Positions 47,323 to 56,836 of a DNA stretch of 64,000 bases are shown in pieces (the first letter of the stretch is position 1; every line of letters begins with the position of its first letter). The stretch is from NCBI GenBank assembly GCA_944350425.1, contig CALVOX010000001.1, forward strand, positions 41,155 through 105,154, given 5' to 3'. The translations under genes were made by a program, and so were the position numbers. A model generated the notes under the pieces. It was not told where the DNA came from. It saw only the letters and a list, made by a program, of their open reading frames with translations, and made no database searches. The stretch is from an uncultured Bacilli bacterium (GTDB taxonomy: Bacteria; Bacillota_I; Bacilli_A; RFN20; CAG-826).

Positions 47323-49620
47323 ATGAAAAAAGTTAAAGATATATTAGAAATTAACAAAATCTTAGATATGTTCTCTAAGTATATTAAGACAAATCTTGGT
47401 CTTAATATACTTTTAAACAAACAAGTATCTAATGATAAAAAATATATTATAAAAGAATATACAAAACTAGATGAAATATATAAAATCATCGAAAATTTTA
47501 ATGAACTACATATCTATTCTAAATTAGATATGTATAAAGAAATAGAATCTTTAAAAAAAGGTTCTTTAATGGACGGAAATAAACTTAATGAATTAAAAGA
47601 TGAAATTACCTCTACTTTAGATTTAATTACATATTTTTCTAAAAATGATATAACTAGTTTAAATCTAAAGCTAATACCTAACTTAATAACATCACTAAGA
47701 CCAAATACTAAATTATATTCGAAAATTATTTCATCTATTTCGAATGATGGGGAAATACTTGACCAAGCTTCAAAAGAATTGTATGAAATAAGAAGAGAAT
47801 TAAGAAGTATCGATAAAGAAATACATTCTCGATTAACAAAGATTATTAATTCTAATAAAGATAAAATTAATGGTGATAATTATGTTATTCGTAATGGCCA
47901 TTATTCTATTCCAATTTCTTCAAGTTTAAAAAATACTATTTTAGGCGTAGTTCAAGATATATCAGATAGTGGAGCAACAACATTTATTGAACCTTATGAA
48001 ATTGCTGAACTAGAAAATAAAAGAAATGTTTTAGAGCTTAAAGAAAGAGATGAAATTTCAAAAATTTTAGATTCTTTTAGAAGTGAAATAATGTTTGATT
48101 CTTCTAATTTAATTAATAATAACGAAGTTATATGCGAACTTGATTATTTAAGTGCTAAATATAAATATATGAAGAATTTTAACGCTTCAATTCCTCATAT
48201 TTCTAATTCAAACAAAGTTGAATTAATTAAAGCAAGACATCCTCTTTTAGATCAAAATATAGTAGTAGCAAATGATTTTATTTTTGGTGAAGATAAAACT
48301 TTCCTTTTGATAAGCGGACCAAATGCTGGTGGTAAAACAATTGCTTTAAAAACACTTGCTACTTTAGCTTATTTAACTAAACTTGCTCTACCTTTAACTG
48401 TTGAAGAAGGTAGCGAAATCCCACTATTTAATAATATTTATTTAGATATTGGTGATAACCAATCAATTGAATCGAACTTATCAACATTCTCTTCACAAAT
48501 TAGTAACATTTCTTATATCTTAAAAAATGTTACTAATAAAGATTTAGTAATTTTTGATGAACTTTGTAATGGAACAGATCCAAAAGAAGGAGAAGCTTTA
48601 TCGATTGCTATTTCTAAATATTTAATAGAAAAAGGTTCAATTAGTGGAGTTTCTTCCCATTATCAATTACTTAAAAAGTTCGGACTTGAAAATGAACATG
48701 TTTTAAGTGCTAGTTTCTTATTCGATGAAAAAAAGATTCGCCCTACTTATAAGATGCTTTTAGGAGTTAGTGGTAAATCTTTTGGTTTTTTAATCGCTAA
48801 TAAATATGGCATTTCTTCAACTATTGTTGATGATGCTAAAAAAATATATGAGAAAAACTATTTATCAAAAGAAGATCGAAGGATAGAAGTAATTGAAGAA
48901 AAAGAAAGACAACTTGAATTTAAAGAGGAGAGATTAAAAACTTTTGAGAAAAAACTTTCAAAAGAACAATCCAAAATCGATCAAGAAAAAAATAAGATTT
49001 CCTTAAGAATAGAAAAACTTAATCAAAATAAGAGTGAAGAATTTGATCGTTATTTGGATGAAAAATATAAAGAAATTAATGATATTTATAAGGAGTTCTT
49101 GAATTCGAAAAATGCTAAAAAAGCGATGGAAAAACTTGCAAAAATATCAATTGACGAAGAAATTGATCCGACAATATCAATTGGCGATTATGTTTTAATC
49201 AAAGGTCTTGAAACAAAAGGAACTGTTTCAAATGTTAAAGGAAATAAAATATCGGTAATTAACGAAGATGGTTTTACTATTAATACAAATTTAGATACAT
49301 TAAAAAAATTACCTAAACCTCAATCTAAAGTTGAAAAAACAACTAATGTTGATAATAAAATTTTAAAGAGTGTTGATGTCCCGTCTTCGATTAATTTAAT
49401 TGGTTATCATTCTTATGAAGGCGTAGAAATGATGGAAAAATATATTTCCGATTGTTTGATAAATAATAAAACAAGTTGTAGAGTTATCCATGGTTTTGGA
49501 AGCGGAAGACTTAGAATGGCTTTATGGGAAGCTTTAAAGAAAAATCCTCATGTTGAATCTTTTACTCTTTGCGACGAAAGTAATGGTGGCGGAGGAGCTA
49601 CAAGTATAAAACTTAAATAA
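47323..49620 (+). CDS. mutS2: Endonuclease MutS2
   Basis: Walker A GPNAGGKT and a C-terminal Smr domain (…VIHGFGSGRLR…). Confidence 0.9.
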   Translation: MKKVKDILEINKILDMFSKYIKTNLGLNILLNKQVSNDKKYIIKEYTKLDEIYKIIENFNELHIYSKLDMYKEIESLKKGSLMDGNKLNELKDEITSTLDLITYFSKNDITSLNLKLIPNLITSLRPNTKLYSKIISSISNDGEILDQASKELYEIRRELRSIDKEIHSRLTKIINSNKDKINGDNYVIRNGHYSIPISSSLKNTILGVVQDISDSGATTFIEPYEIAELENKRNVLELKERDEISKILDSFRSEIMFDSSNLINNNEVICELDYLSAKYKYMKNFNASIPHISNSNKVELIKARHPLLDQNIVVANDFIFGEDKTFLLISGPNAGGKTIALKTLATLAYLTKLALPLTVEEGSEIPLFNNIYLDIGDNQSIESNLSTFSSQISNISYILKNVTNKDLVIFDELCNGTDPKEGEALSIAISKYLIEKGSISGVSSHYQLLKKFGLENEHVLSASFLFDEKKIRPTYKMLLGVSGKSFGFLIANKYGISSTIVDDAKKIYEKNYLSKEDRRIEVIEEKERQLEFKEERLKTFEKKLSKEQSKIDQEKNKISLRIEKLNQNKSEEFDRYLDEKYKEINDIYKEFLNSKNAKKAMEKLAKISIDEEIDPTISIGDYVLIKGLETKGTVSNVKGNKISVINEDGFTINTNLDTLKKLPKPQSKVEKTTNVDNKILKSVDVPSSINLIGYHSYEGVEMMEKYISDCLINNKTSCRVIHGFGSGRLRMALWEALKKNPHVESFTLCDESNGGGGATSIKLK

Positions 49621-49621
49621 G

Positions 49622-51379
49622 ATGAATGACGTAATTAAAAAACAAATCGAATTATTATCAACTTCTCCGGGTTGTTATCAAATGTTTGATAAAGATAACA
49701 ACATAATTTATGTTGGCAAAGCTAAAAATTTAAAGAAAAGAGTTTCTCAATATTTTCTTCGTCCACAAGTAGGAAAAACAGCAGCGATGGTTTCTCATGT
49801 TGATCATTTTGAAACAATCTTAACTGATACTGAAAAAGAAGCTTTAATTTTAGAGATGAATCTTATTCAAAAAATTCATCCAAAATATAATATTCTTTTA
49901 ATGGATGATAAGCATTATCCTTATATCGAACTTCATAAAGGTATTAAAGACCCTTATATTTCTATTGCTCGAAATATTAAAAATAAAAAATCTGATTTTT
50001 ATGGGCCATATCCTTCTTCAAGTAGCGCTTATCAAGTAATTAGTATTATTAATTCGATTTATCCTTTAAGAAAATGTTCAAGCGTAAAAAAATCTCCTTG
50101 TTTATATTATCATTTAGGTCAATGTATCGCTCCTTGTATAAATAAAGTTTCAAAAGAAGAATATGATAAAATAATTAAATCGATTGAATCTTTTTTAAGA
50201 GGAAATAATGAAGAAGTTATTAAAGAACTAAAAAAGAAAATCGAAAAATGTTCAGATGAATTAGATTTTGAAAATGCTAAGCTATATAAAGAACAACTTG
50301 ATTCTATTTTATATATAAATGAGAAACAAAATGTTGAATTTATCGATCGAATAAATCGTGATTTTATTGGATTTTATACTTATGAGAACTATCTATCTTT
50401 AATTATATTAATTTACCGTAATGGTTTATTAATTGCAAAAAAGAAGTTCTTTTATGAAATAGTAGGTGAAATTAATGAGTTTATTGCTGATTTATTAATG
50501 CAATATTATGAAATAAATACTCTTCCAAAAGAAATAGTCATCTCAAGCGAAGAGATTATTGAATTGCTAAAAGATAGCCTTAAAACTACTATTATATTAC
50601 CGAAGCAAGGAAAAAATATAGATATTATCTCTATTGCTATTTCTAATGCTCAAGAGAATTTTTCTTCATACCTACAAGTTCAAAAATATAAAGAATCTAA
50701 CCTTATTTTATGTAATAAACTAGCTCAAATTTTAAATATTCCTAAAGCTGATTATATTGAACTTTTCGATAATTCACATTTACAAGGAAGTAATGCAATT
50801 GGGGCAATGGTTGCTTATATTAATGGAGAAGAAGTTAAAACGATGAACCGTCAATTTAATATTGAATCTTATAATAAAAAAGATGATATTTCTTCAATGA
50901 GAGAAGTTATTTATCGTAGATATTCTAGACTAAAAGAAGAAAATAAAAGACTTCCAGATTTGATAATTGTTGATGGAGGAAAAGAACAAATTATTGCTGC
51001 TCTTACTTCATTAAATAAATTAGGTTTAAACATTAATTTATGTGGTTTAGTTAAAAATGATAAGCATCAAACTAGAGCTTTAATGTCTTCATCATTAAAT
51101 GAAATAGCTATCGATGATAAAAATCTATTTTTATTTTTATCAAGAATGCAAGATTCAATCCATCGTTTTGCAATAACAACTCATATAAGAAAAAGATCAA
51201 AATCAATGTTTAAATCTATCTTTGATGATATAAAAGGAATCGGAGATAAAAGAAAAGAGATGATTTTAAAAAGATTTCCTTCTTTATCGGACTTAAAAAA
51301 GGCTACAATTGAAGAGTTAAAGCAAATTTTACCTCCTGAAGCAGCAACAGCTTTATATGATAAATTAAAAGAATATTAA
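49622..51379 (+). CDS. uvrC: Excinuclease ABC subunit C
   Basis: GIY-YIG (GCYQMFDKDNNIIYVGKAKNLKKR), UvrBC, RNase H-like and HhH regions. Confidence 0.9.
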   Translation: MNDVIKKQIELLSTSPGCYQMFDKDNNIIYVGKAKNLKKRVSQYFLRPQVGKTAAMVSHVDHFETILTDTEKEALILEMNLIQKIHPKYNILLMDDKHYPYIELHKGIKDPYISIARNIKNKKSDFYGPYPSSSSAYQVISIINSIYPLRKCSSVKKSPCLYYHLGQCIAPCINKVSKEEYDKIIKSIESFLRGNNEEVIKELKKKIEKCSDELDFENAKLYKEQLDSILYINEKQNVEFIDRINRDFIGFYTYENYLSLIILIYRNGLLIAKKKFFYEIVGEINEFIADLLMQYYEINTLPKEIVISSEEIIELLKDSLKTTIILPKQGKNIDIISIAISNAQENFSSYLQVQKYKESNLILCNKLAQILNIPKADYIELFDNSHLQGSNAIGAMVAYINGEEVKTMNRQFNIESYNKKDDISSMREVIYRRYSRLKEENKRLPDLIIVDGGKEQIIAALTSLNKLGLNINLCGLVKNDKHQTRALMSSSLNEIAIDDKNLFLFLSRMQDSIHRFAITTHIRKRSKSMFKSIFDDIKGIGDKRKEMILKRFPSLSDLKKATIEELKQILPPEAATALYDKLKEY

Positions 51380-51393
51380 AAAGGATTAAATTT

Positions 51394-52377
51394 ATGACTA
51401 AAATTGAAAAAGAAGTAATTGAAAAACTATATTCTCAATTCAAATTTGAAGAAATAATTAATGAATTTAAAGGTTCTAACGACCCTGAAATTATATATTA
51501 TGTTTTAACTTCATATGTTTCGATTAATAAAATTGGAGAAGCTTATGAATATTATTTATCTAAAACTAAGATAATCGAAAAAGTTAATTTTGAAGTTGCA
51601 TCTAATTATTTATGCTTAATTCTTTCTTTATTAGATGATGAATATTTAGTTGAAAAAGAATTTAACCGTGTTGCTTCTAGCTATAAAGGGATAAAAGCAG
51701 ATGAAGTATTAAAGCAGTTAGAAATTAAATTAAAACAATTCAAAGATATCAATACGAAATTGAAGAAAAGCGAATTAAAAAATAATGACAAAAACAAATT
51801 AAAAATTGAATATCAATATCTTGAGATGCTTGGTTCAAAAAATGTTGAAGAAGTGCTTAATGCAATGAAATATATTAATTCAAACTTCAAAAATCAATAT
51901 TCCCAACTTGGATTAATCTATTATCAAAGCTATGAAAAAAGAAAAGAATTTGATCCTATTAAAGCTTTGTTTTTAGCTCAACTTATCGCTTTAGGCTATG
52001 ATAAAAATTTAACATTATATAAAAATTCAAAATTTTATTACTTCAATCCAAAAGATGTAAATAAAGACTATATTGTTTATTCTCAAAAAATTAACCAAAC
52101 AATCGATTTTTTTTCTAAAAACGAGAAAAATGTAAATATCATCAGCGATGTTATATTGCAGTTTATGTTAATGACTTATTATCATCTTCCTAACATTTTA
52201 AAAGATGAAGAACTTTATTCTTTACTTTATATTGCTTTAAAACATAACTATGAACTTTTAGGCCAAGACATTACAAGCGATGAATATGCATTAAAATTAC
52301 CAATAGATATGATGTTTATTAATCAAAACTACGATAATAAATACTTTGTTGAAAATTATATTAATCTTAAAGTATAA
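51394..52377 (+). CDS. Hypothetical protein (327 aa, predicted helical)
   Basis: RBS aaagga 8 nt upstream. No family recognised. Confidence 0.5.
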   Translation: MTKIEKEVIEKLYSQFKFEEIINEFKGSNDPEIIYYVLTSYVSINKIGEAYEYYLSKTKIIEKVNFEVASNYLCLILSLLDDEYLVEKEFNRVASSYKGIKADEVLKQLEIKLKQFKDINTKLKKSELKNNDKNKLKIEYQYLEMLGSKNVEEVLNAMKYINSNFKNQYSQLGLIYYQSYEKRKEFDPIKALFLAQLIALGYDKNLTLYKNSKFYYFNPKDVNKDYIVYSQKINQTIDFFSKNEKNVNIISDVILQFMLMTYYHLPNILKDEELYSLLYIALKHNYELLGQDITSDEYALKLPIDMMFINQNYDNKYFVENYINLKV

Positions 52378-52508
52378 AGAATATTAACCATAAAATTTTT
52401 GCTCTTTATCACTCACTTGATAAAAGTGCCAAAATTTTAGTGTTTTTCAATTTACTATTTAAACTATATAAGATATAATTTTATAGATTTTTTAAGGAGA
52501 AGAAAGAA

Positions 52509-53858
52509 ATGAAAACAGAATTAAAAAAATTAGAAAACTCACAAGTCGAAGTTTTAGCCGAAGTTAAAGGAGATGACTATAAAAAAGCTGAAGAAAAAGC
52601 ATTAAAGAAATTAGCATCTCGTTTAAATATTAAAGGCTTTAGAAAAGGTAAAGCTCCTTTAAATATTGCTAAAGATCACATTTCAAAAGGCGAATTAATT
52701 AACGAAACTATTAATGAATCATTAAATCCAGCTTATCAAGAAGCTATTAAGGAACATTCTCTTAGACCAATTGCTCAACCAGAAGTTAATGTTGTTGACT
52801 TTAAGGAAGATGAATTAATTAAGCTTTCATTTAAAGTAAGTGTCGAACCAGAAGTAACTTTAGGTGAATATAAAGGAATCAATATTCCATTAAAGGTTGA
52901 AGAAGTAAGTGAAAAAGAAATCGACGAAACAGTTCAAAATGTTTTAAATAACAATTCAGAATTAGTTTTAAAAGAAGGACCAGCTGAAAAAGGTGATACA
53001 GTAGTCTTAGATTTCAAAGGTTATATTAACGGAAAAGAATTTGATGGTGGAAGTGCTGAAAACTACACTTTAGTCTTAGGTTCAAACCAATTTGTTCCAG
53101 GATTTGAAGATCAATTAGTTGGTGTAACAAGCGAAAATAAAAAAGATGTTATTATTACATTCCCAGAACAATACATCAAGGATTTAGCTGGCAAAGAAGC
53201 AAAATTCGTCTGTATGATTCACGAAATTAAAACTAAAAAAGTTCCTGAATTAAATGATGAATTTGCTAAATCATTAAACTTAGAAAATGTTGCTAGTGTT
53301 GAAGATTTAAGAAAATATGAACAAAAAGTTCTTGAAACTAGAAAATTAAATCAAGCAAAAAACGTTCAATTCCAAGAATTAATCAACAAAATTGTTGAAG
53401 ATTCAAAACTTGATCTTCCAGAAGTCTTAGTTACTAACGAAGTCAATGCAATGAAACAACAATTCCTTTCTCAACTAGAACAAAGCGGATTAACTAAGGA
53501 ACAATATAAAGAAATCACAGGAAATGATGAAAATTCATTTGAAGCTGAATATAGAAAAGATGCTGAAACAAGATTAAAACAAGAATTAGTTTTAAATGCA
53601 ATTGCTAGAAAAGAACATTTAACTATCACAAAAGGTGATTTAGATGATTACTATGCTAATGTTGCTTCTCAATATAGTATGAAAGTTGAAGAGGTTAAAA
53701 AAGTTTTCGCAAGAAATGAAGCTCAAATTGTTTCTAACTTATTCAACCAAAAAATCACTAGATTCCTCTCTGCTAATAACTTAGAGGAAGAAAAGAAAGA
53801 AGTTAATGACGAATCTCCAAAAACAGAAGAACAAAAAGAAGAAGGAGAATCTAAATAG
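52509..53858 (+). CDS. tig: Trigger factor
   Basis: GFRKGKAP ribosome-binding motif; FKBP-type PPIase GDTVVLDFKGYINGKEFDGG. Confidence 0.9.
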   Translation: MKTELKKLENSQVEVLAEVKGDDYKKAEEKALKKLASRLNIKGFRKGKAPLNIAKDHISKGELINETINESLNPAYQEAIKEHSLRPIAQPEVNVVDFKEDELIKLSFKVSVEPEVTLGEYKGINIPLKVEEVSEKEIDETVQNVLNNNSELVLKEGPAEKGDTVVLDFKGYINGKEFDGGSAENYTLVLGSNQFVPGFEDQLVGVTSENKKDVIITFPEQYIKDLAGKEAKFVCMIHEIKTKKVPELNDEFAKSLNLENVASVEDLRKYEQKVLETRKLNQAKNVQFQELINKIVEDSKLDLPEVLVTNEVNAMKQQFLSQLEQSGLTKEQYKEITGNDENSFEAEYRKDAETRLKQELVLNAIARKEHLTITKGDLDDYYANVASQYSMKVEEVKKVFARNEAQIVSNLFNQKITRFLSANNLEEEKKEVNDESPKTEEQKEEGESK

Positions 53859-53891
53859 TAACTTCTAACTTTAAGGAGGTCCTATTTATAG

Positions 53892-56216
53892 ATGCCAAAA
53901 ATAGAAAAAATTAAGCTACCGGTCCTTATCACAAGAGGAGCGGTATGCTTTCCAGGAAATGACCTTGTTGTTTATTGCGAAAGAAGTTTTTCAATAAACG
54001 CAGTTATAGATTCAACCAAAGATTATAATTCTCTAGTCTTTTTAACGACTCAAAAAGATATAGATAAAAATGAAATAGAATCAATCGATGATATTTATAA
54101 CGTTGGTACGTTATGTAAAATATCTTTTAAGATTGAACAAAAAGATGTTATCAAAACATCTCTTCATGCTTTAGAAAGATATAAGTTTTCAAAATTAACA
54201 CTCGAAAATGAATGCTATTATATTGAAGGCAATCTTTATGAAGACGAAGAAGTTAACGAGGAAGAAGAACAAGCTGTTGTTACATCTTTAATTCAAACTT
54301 TTAACAATAAACCTATCGACCAATTCGTTAACCCAACTAACAAAAATTTCTTTGAAAATGTTAAAAAGGGACTTAGTGCTAAAGAACTATCTTATCTTTT
54401 TTCAAATGAACTTGATCTTGAACCAAAGAAAAAGCAAGAATTGCTTGAATGTAAAAATGTTATCGAAAGAATTAAAACTATCATTCAAGACATTTCAATT
54501 CTTGAAATCAGAAGAAAAGCTGATATTAAAGTTCAACAAAATTTAAAAGAAATTAATGAAAAAGCTCAAAAAGATTATTATCTCCGTAGCCAAATGATGG
54601 CGATTAAAAAAGAACTCGGTGATGATGGCCAAGATAGTGAATCAAAATATAGAAAACTTTTAGATTCCGGAAAATATCCTAAAGAAGTAGTTGATAAAGT
54701 TAATGATGAATTAAAAAGGATGAATACCTTACCTCAAGGTACACTCGAATATTCATTAATTTTAGATTATCTTGATACACTTTTTGCAATGCCATTTTCT
54801 AACGAAACAAAAGATAATGATGATTTAATTCGTGCTAGAAAAATCCTTGATGACGACCATTATGGACTTGAAAAAGCAAAAGAAAGAATTATCGAATATC
54901 TTGCTATTAAAAAAGTTAATGGTAATTTAAAAGCTCCTGTACTTTGTTTTTATGGTCCTCCAGGAACAGGTAAAACCTCACTTTCAATTTCTATCGCAAA
55001 AGCTTTAGGAAGAAAATTTGTTAAATGTTCTTTAGGTGGTATTTCAGACGAATCAGAAATTAGAGGACATAGAAGAACTTATGTGGGTTCTAAACCTGGT
55101 AGAATCATGTCTTTCATGAAGAAAGCTGGAACTATTAATCCACTTATTTGTTTAGATGAAATCGACAAATTATCCCATGATTCTTTTAAAGGTGATCCAA
55201 GTGCAGCTTTATTAGAAGTTCTTGACCCTGAACAAAATACTCATTTTAGAGACAATTATCTTGAAATTGAATACGATCTTTCAAACGTCTTGTTCGTTTG
55301 CACTTGTAACTATCTTGAAAATGTACCAGAACCATTAAGAGATAGACTTGAATTAATTCCAATTGAATCTTATACCTTAATTGAAAAGGTTAGAATTGCT
55401 GAACAACATCTAATTAAAAAAGAAGCTAGTCAAATTGGACTTGATTCTAAAAATATTAAAATTTCAAAAGATGCAATCGAATTTATTATTGAACACTACA
55501 CTAGAGAAGCTGGTGTAAGAGAACTTTCAAGAAAAATCGGTTCTATTTTAAGAAAGGTCATTGTTCAACAATTAAATTCAAACACTTTAAATGAACCAAT
55601 TAAAATTGGAATTAAAGATGTTAAAAAATTCTTAGGTGTCGAAATTTTCGAATCTACCGATAAAGAAAAGAAGAGTCAAGTTGGTATTGTCACTGGCTTA
55701 GCTTATACTCAATTTGGTGGTGATATCTTACCAATTGAAGTTAATCATTTTGAAGGAACAGGCAAACTTATTATAACCGGTAATTTAGGTGATATTATGA
55801 AAGAATCTTGTTCAATTGCCTTAGACTATGTAAAAGCAAATGCTGAAAAATATGGCATTTCAAATGAATTCTTCAATAAAAACGATATCCATATTCATGT
55901 TCCAGAAGGAGCAGTTCCAAAAGATGGTCCAAGCGCTGGAATTGCTATCACTACAGCAATTATTTCAGCATTAACTCAAAAACCAGTTAGTAACGATGTT
56001 GCTATGACTGGAGAAGTTAATCTTAGAGGCAACGCTCTTCCTATTGGTGGCTTAAGAGAGAAATCTCTTGCTGCTTTAAGAAGTGGAATCAAAACTATTA
56101 TTGTTCCAAAAGGAAATAAGAAAAATATTAGTGAGCTTCCAAAAGATATTACTAACAACCTCAATGTTATCTATATGGATAATGTTGACGATGCTTTAAA
56201 AGTTTGCTTAATGTAA
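53892..56216 (+). CDS. lon: ATP-dependent protease Lon
   Basis: GPPGTGKTS Walker A and DGPSAG catalytic Ser region. Confidence 0.95.
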   Translation: MPKIEKIKLPVLITRGAVCFPGNDLVVYCERSFSINAVIDSTKDYNSLVFLTTQKDIDKNEIESIDDIYNVGTLCKISFKIEQKDVIKTSLHALERYKFSKLTLENECYYIEGNLYEDEEVNEEEEQAVVTSLIQTFNNKPIDQFVNPTNKNFFENVKKGLSAKELSYLFSNELDLEPKKKQELLECKNVIERIKTIIQDISILEIRRKADIKVQQNLKEINEKAQKDYYLRSQMMAIKKELGDDGQDSESKYRKLLDSGKYPKEVVDKVNDELKRMNTLPQGTLEYSLILDYLDTLFAMPFSNETKDNDDLIRARKILDDDHYGLEKAKERIIEYLAIKKVNGNLKAPVLCFYGPPGTGKTSLSISIAKALGRKFVKCSLGGISDESEIRGHRRTYVGSKPGRIMSFMKKAGTINPLICLDEIDKLSHDSFKGDPSAALLEVLDPEQNTHFRDNYLEIEYDLSNVLFVCTCNYLENVPEPLRDRLELIPIESYTLIEKVRIAEQHLIKKEASQIGLDSKNIKISKDAIEFIIEHYTREAGVRELSRKIGSILRKVIVQQLNSNTLNEPIKIGIKDVKKFLGVEIFESTDKEKKSQVGIVTGLAYTQFGGDILPIEVNHFEGTGKLIITGNLGDIMKESCSIALDYVKANAEKYGISNEFFNKNDIHIHVPEGAVPKDGPSAGIAITTAIISALTQKPVSNDVAMTGEVNLRGNALPIGGLREKSLAALRSGIKTIIVPKGNKKNISELPKDITNNLNVIYMDNVDDALKVCLM

Positions 56217-56222
56217 TTAATT

Positions 56223-56825
56223 ATGGAGAATAACGATTTACACTATTATAAAAGTGCAAAATTTATAAAATCGATTACTTCAATCAAAGAAGCACCCGCT
56301 GAAAAACTCAGTGAGGTGCTTTTTGTCGGAAAATCTAATGTCGGTAAATCTTCCTTAATTAATGCTTTAACAAACAATAAAAAACTTGCTTTTACTTCAT
56401 CAAATCCTGGTCATACAAGATTACTTAATTATTTTTTAATAGAAAATTATTTTTATTTTGTCGATGCACCAGGTTATGGATTTAGTGCTCAAAAAGATAA
56501 AGATTATGCTTTTTATGGAAATATGATCGAATCTTATTTTGATAATAATCCTAATTTAAAATGCGTTATTTTCCTTTTAGATTCTCGAAGAATACCTAAT
56601 GAAGATGATATTTTATTTTATAACTTTATTAAATCTTCAAACTATCCTTACTTAATTGTAATGACAAAATGCGATAAACTTAATATGTCGATGAAATCTA
56701 AAATTAAAAATAATTTAAAAAATACATTAAAAATTAACGATTTTAATGAGATAATTTTATGTTCGATAAATGATAAAAGAAGTTTATTCGAACTTAAAAA
56801 CAAAATAAGCCAATACATCAACTAA
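56223..56825 (+). CDS. engB: Ribosome biogenesis GTPase EngB/YsxC
   Basis: GKSNVGKSSLINAL G1, DAPGYG G3 and TKCDK G4 motifs. Confidence 0.85.
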   Translation: MENNDLHYYKSAKFIKSITSIKEAPAEKLSEVLFVGKSNVGKSSLINALTNNKKLAFTSSNPGHTRLLNYFLIENYFYFVDAPGYGFSAQKDKDYAFYGNMIESYFDNNPNLKCVIFLLDSRRIPNEDDILFYNFIKSSNYPYLIVMTKCDKLNMSMKSKIKNNLKNTLKINDFNEIILCSINDKRSLFELKNKISQYIN

Positions 56826-56836
56826 AGGAGTTTCAT

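Noticed and set aside
54352-56164. Short ORFs inside lon (54352-54546 +, 55976-56164 -)
   Set aside because: Embedded in the lon CDS.
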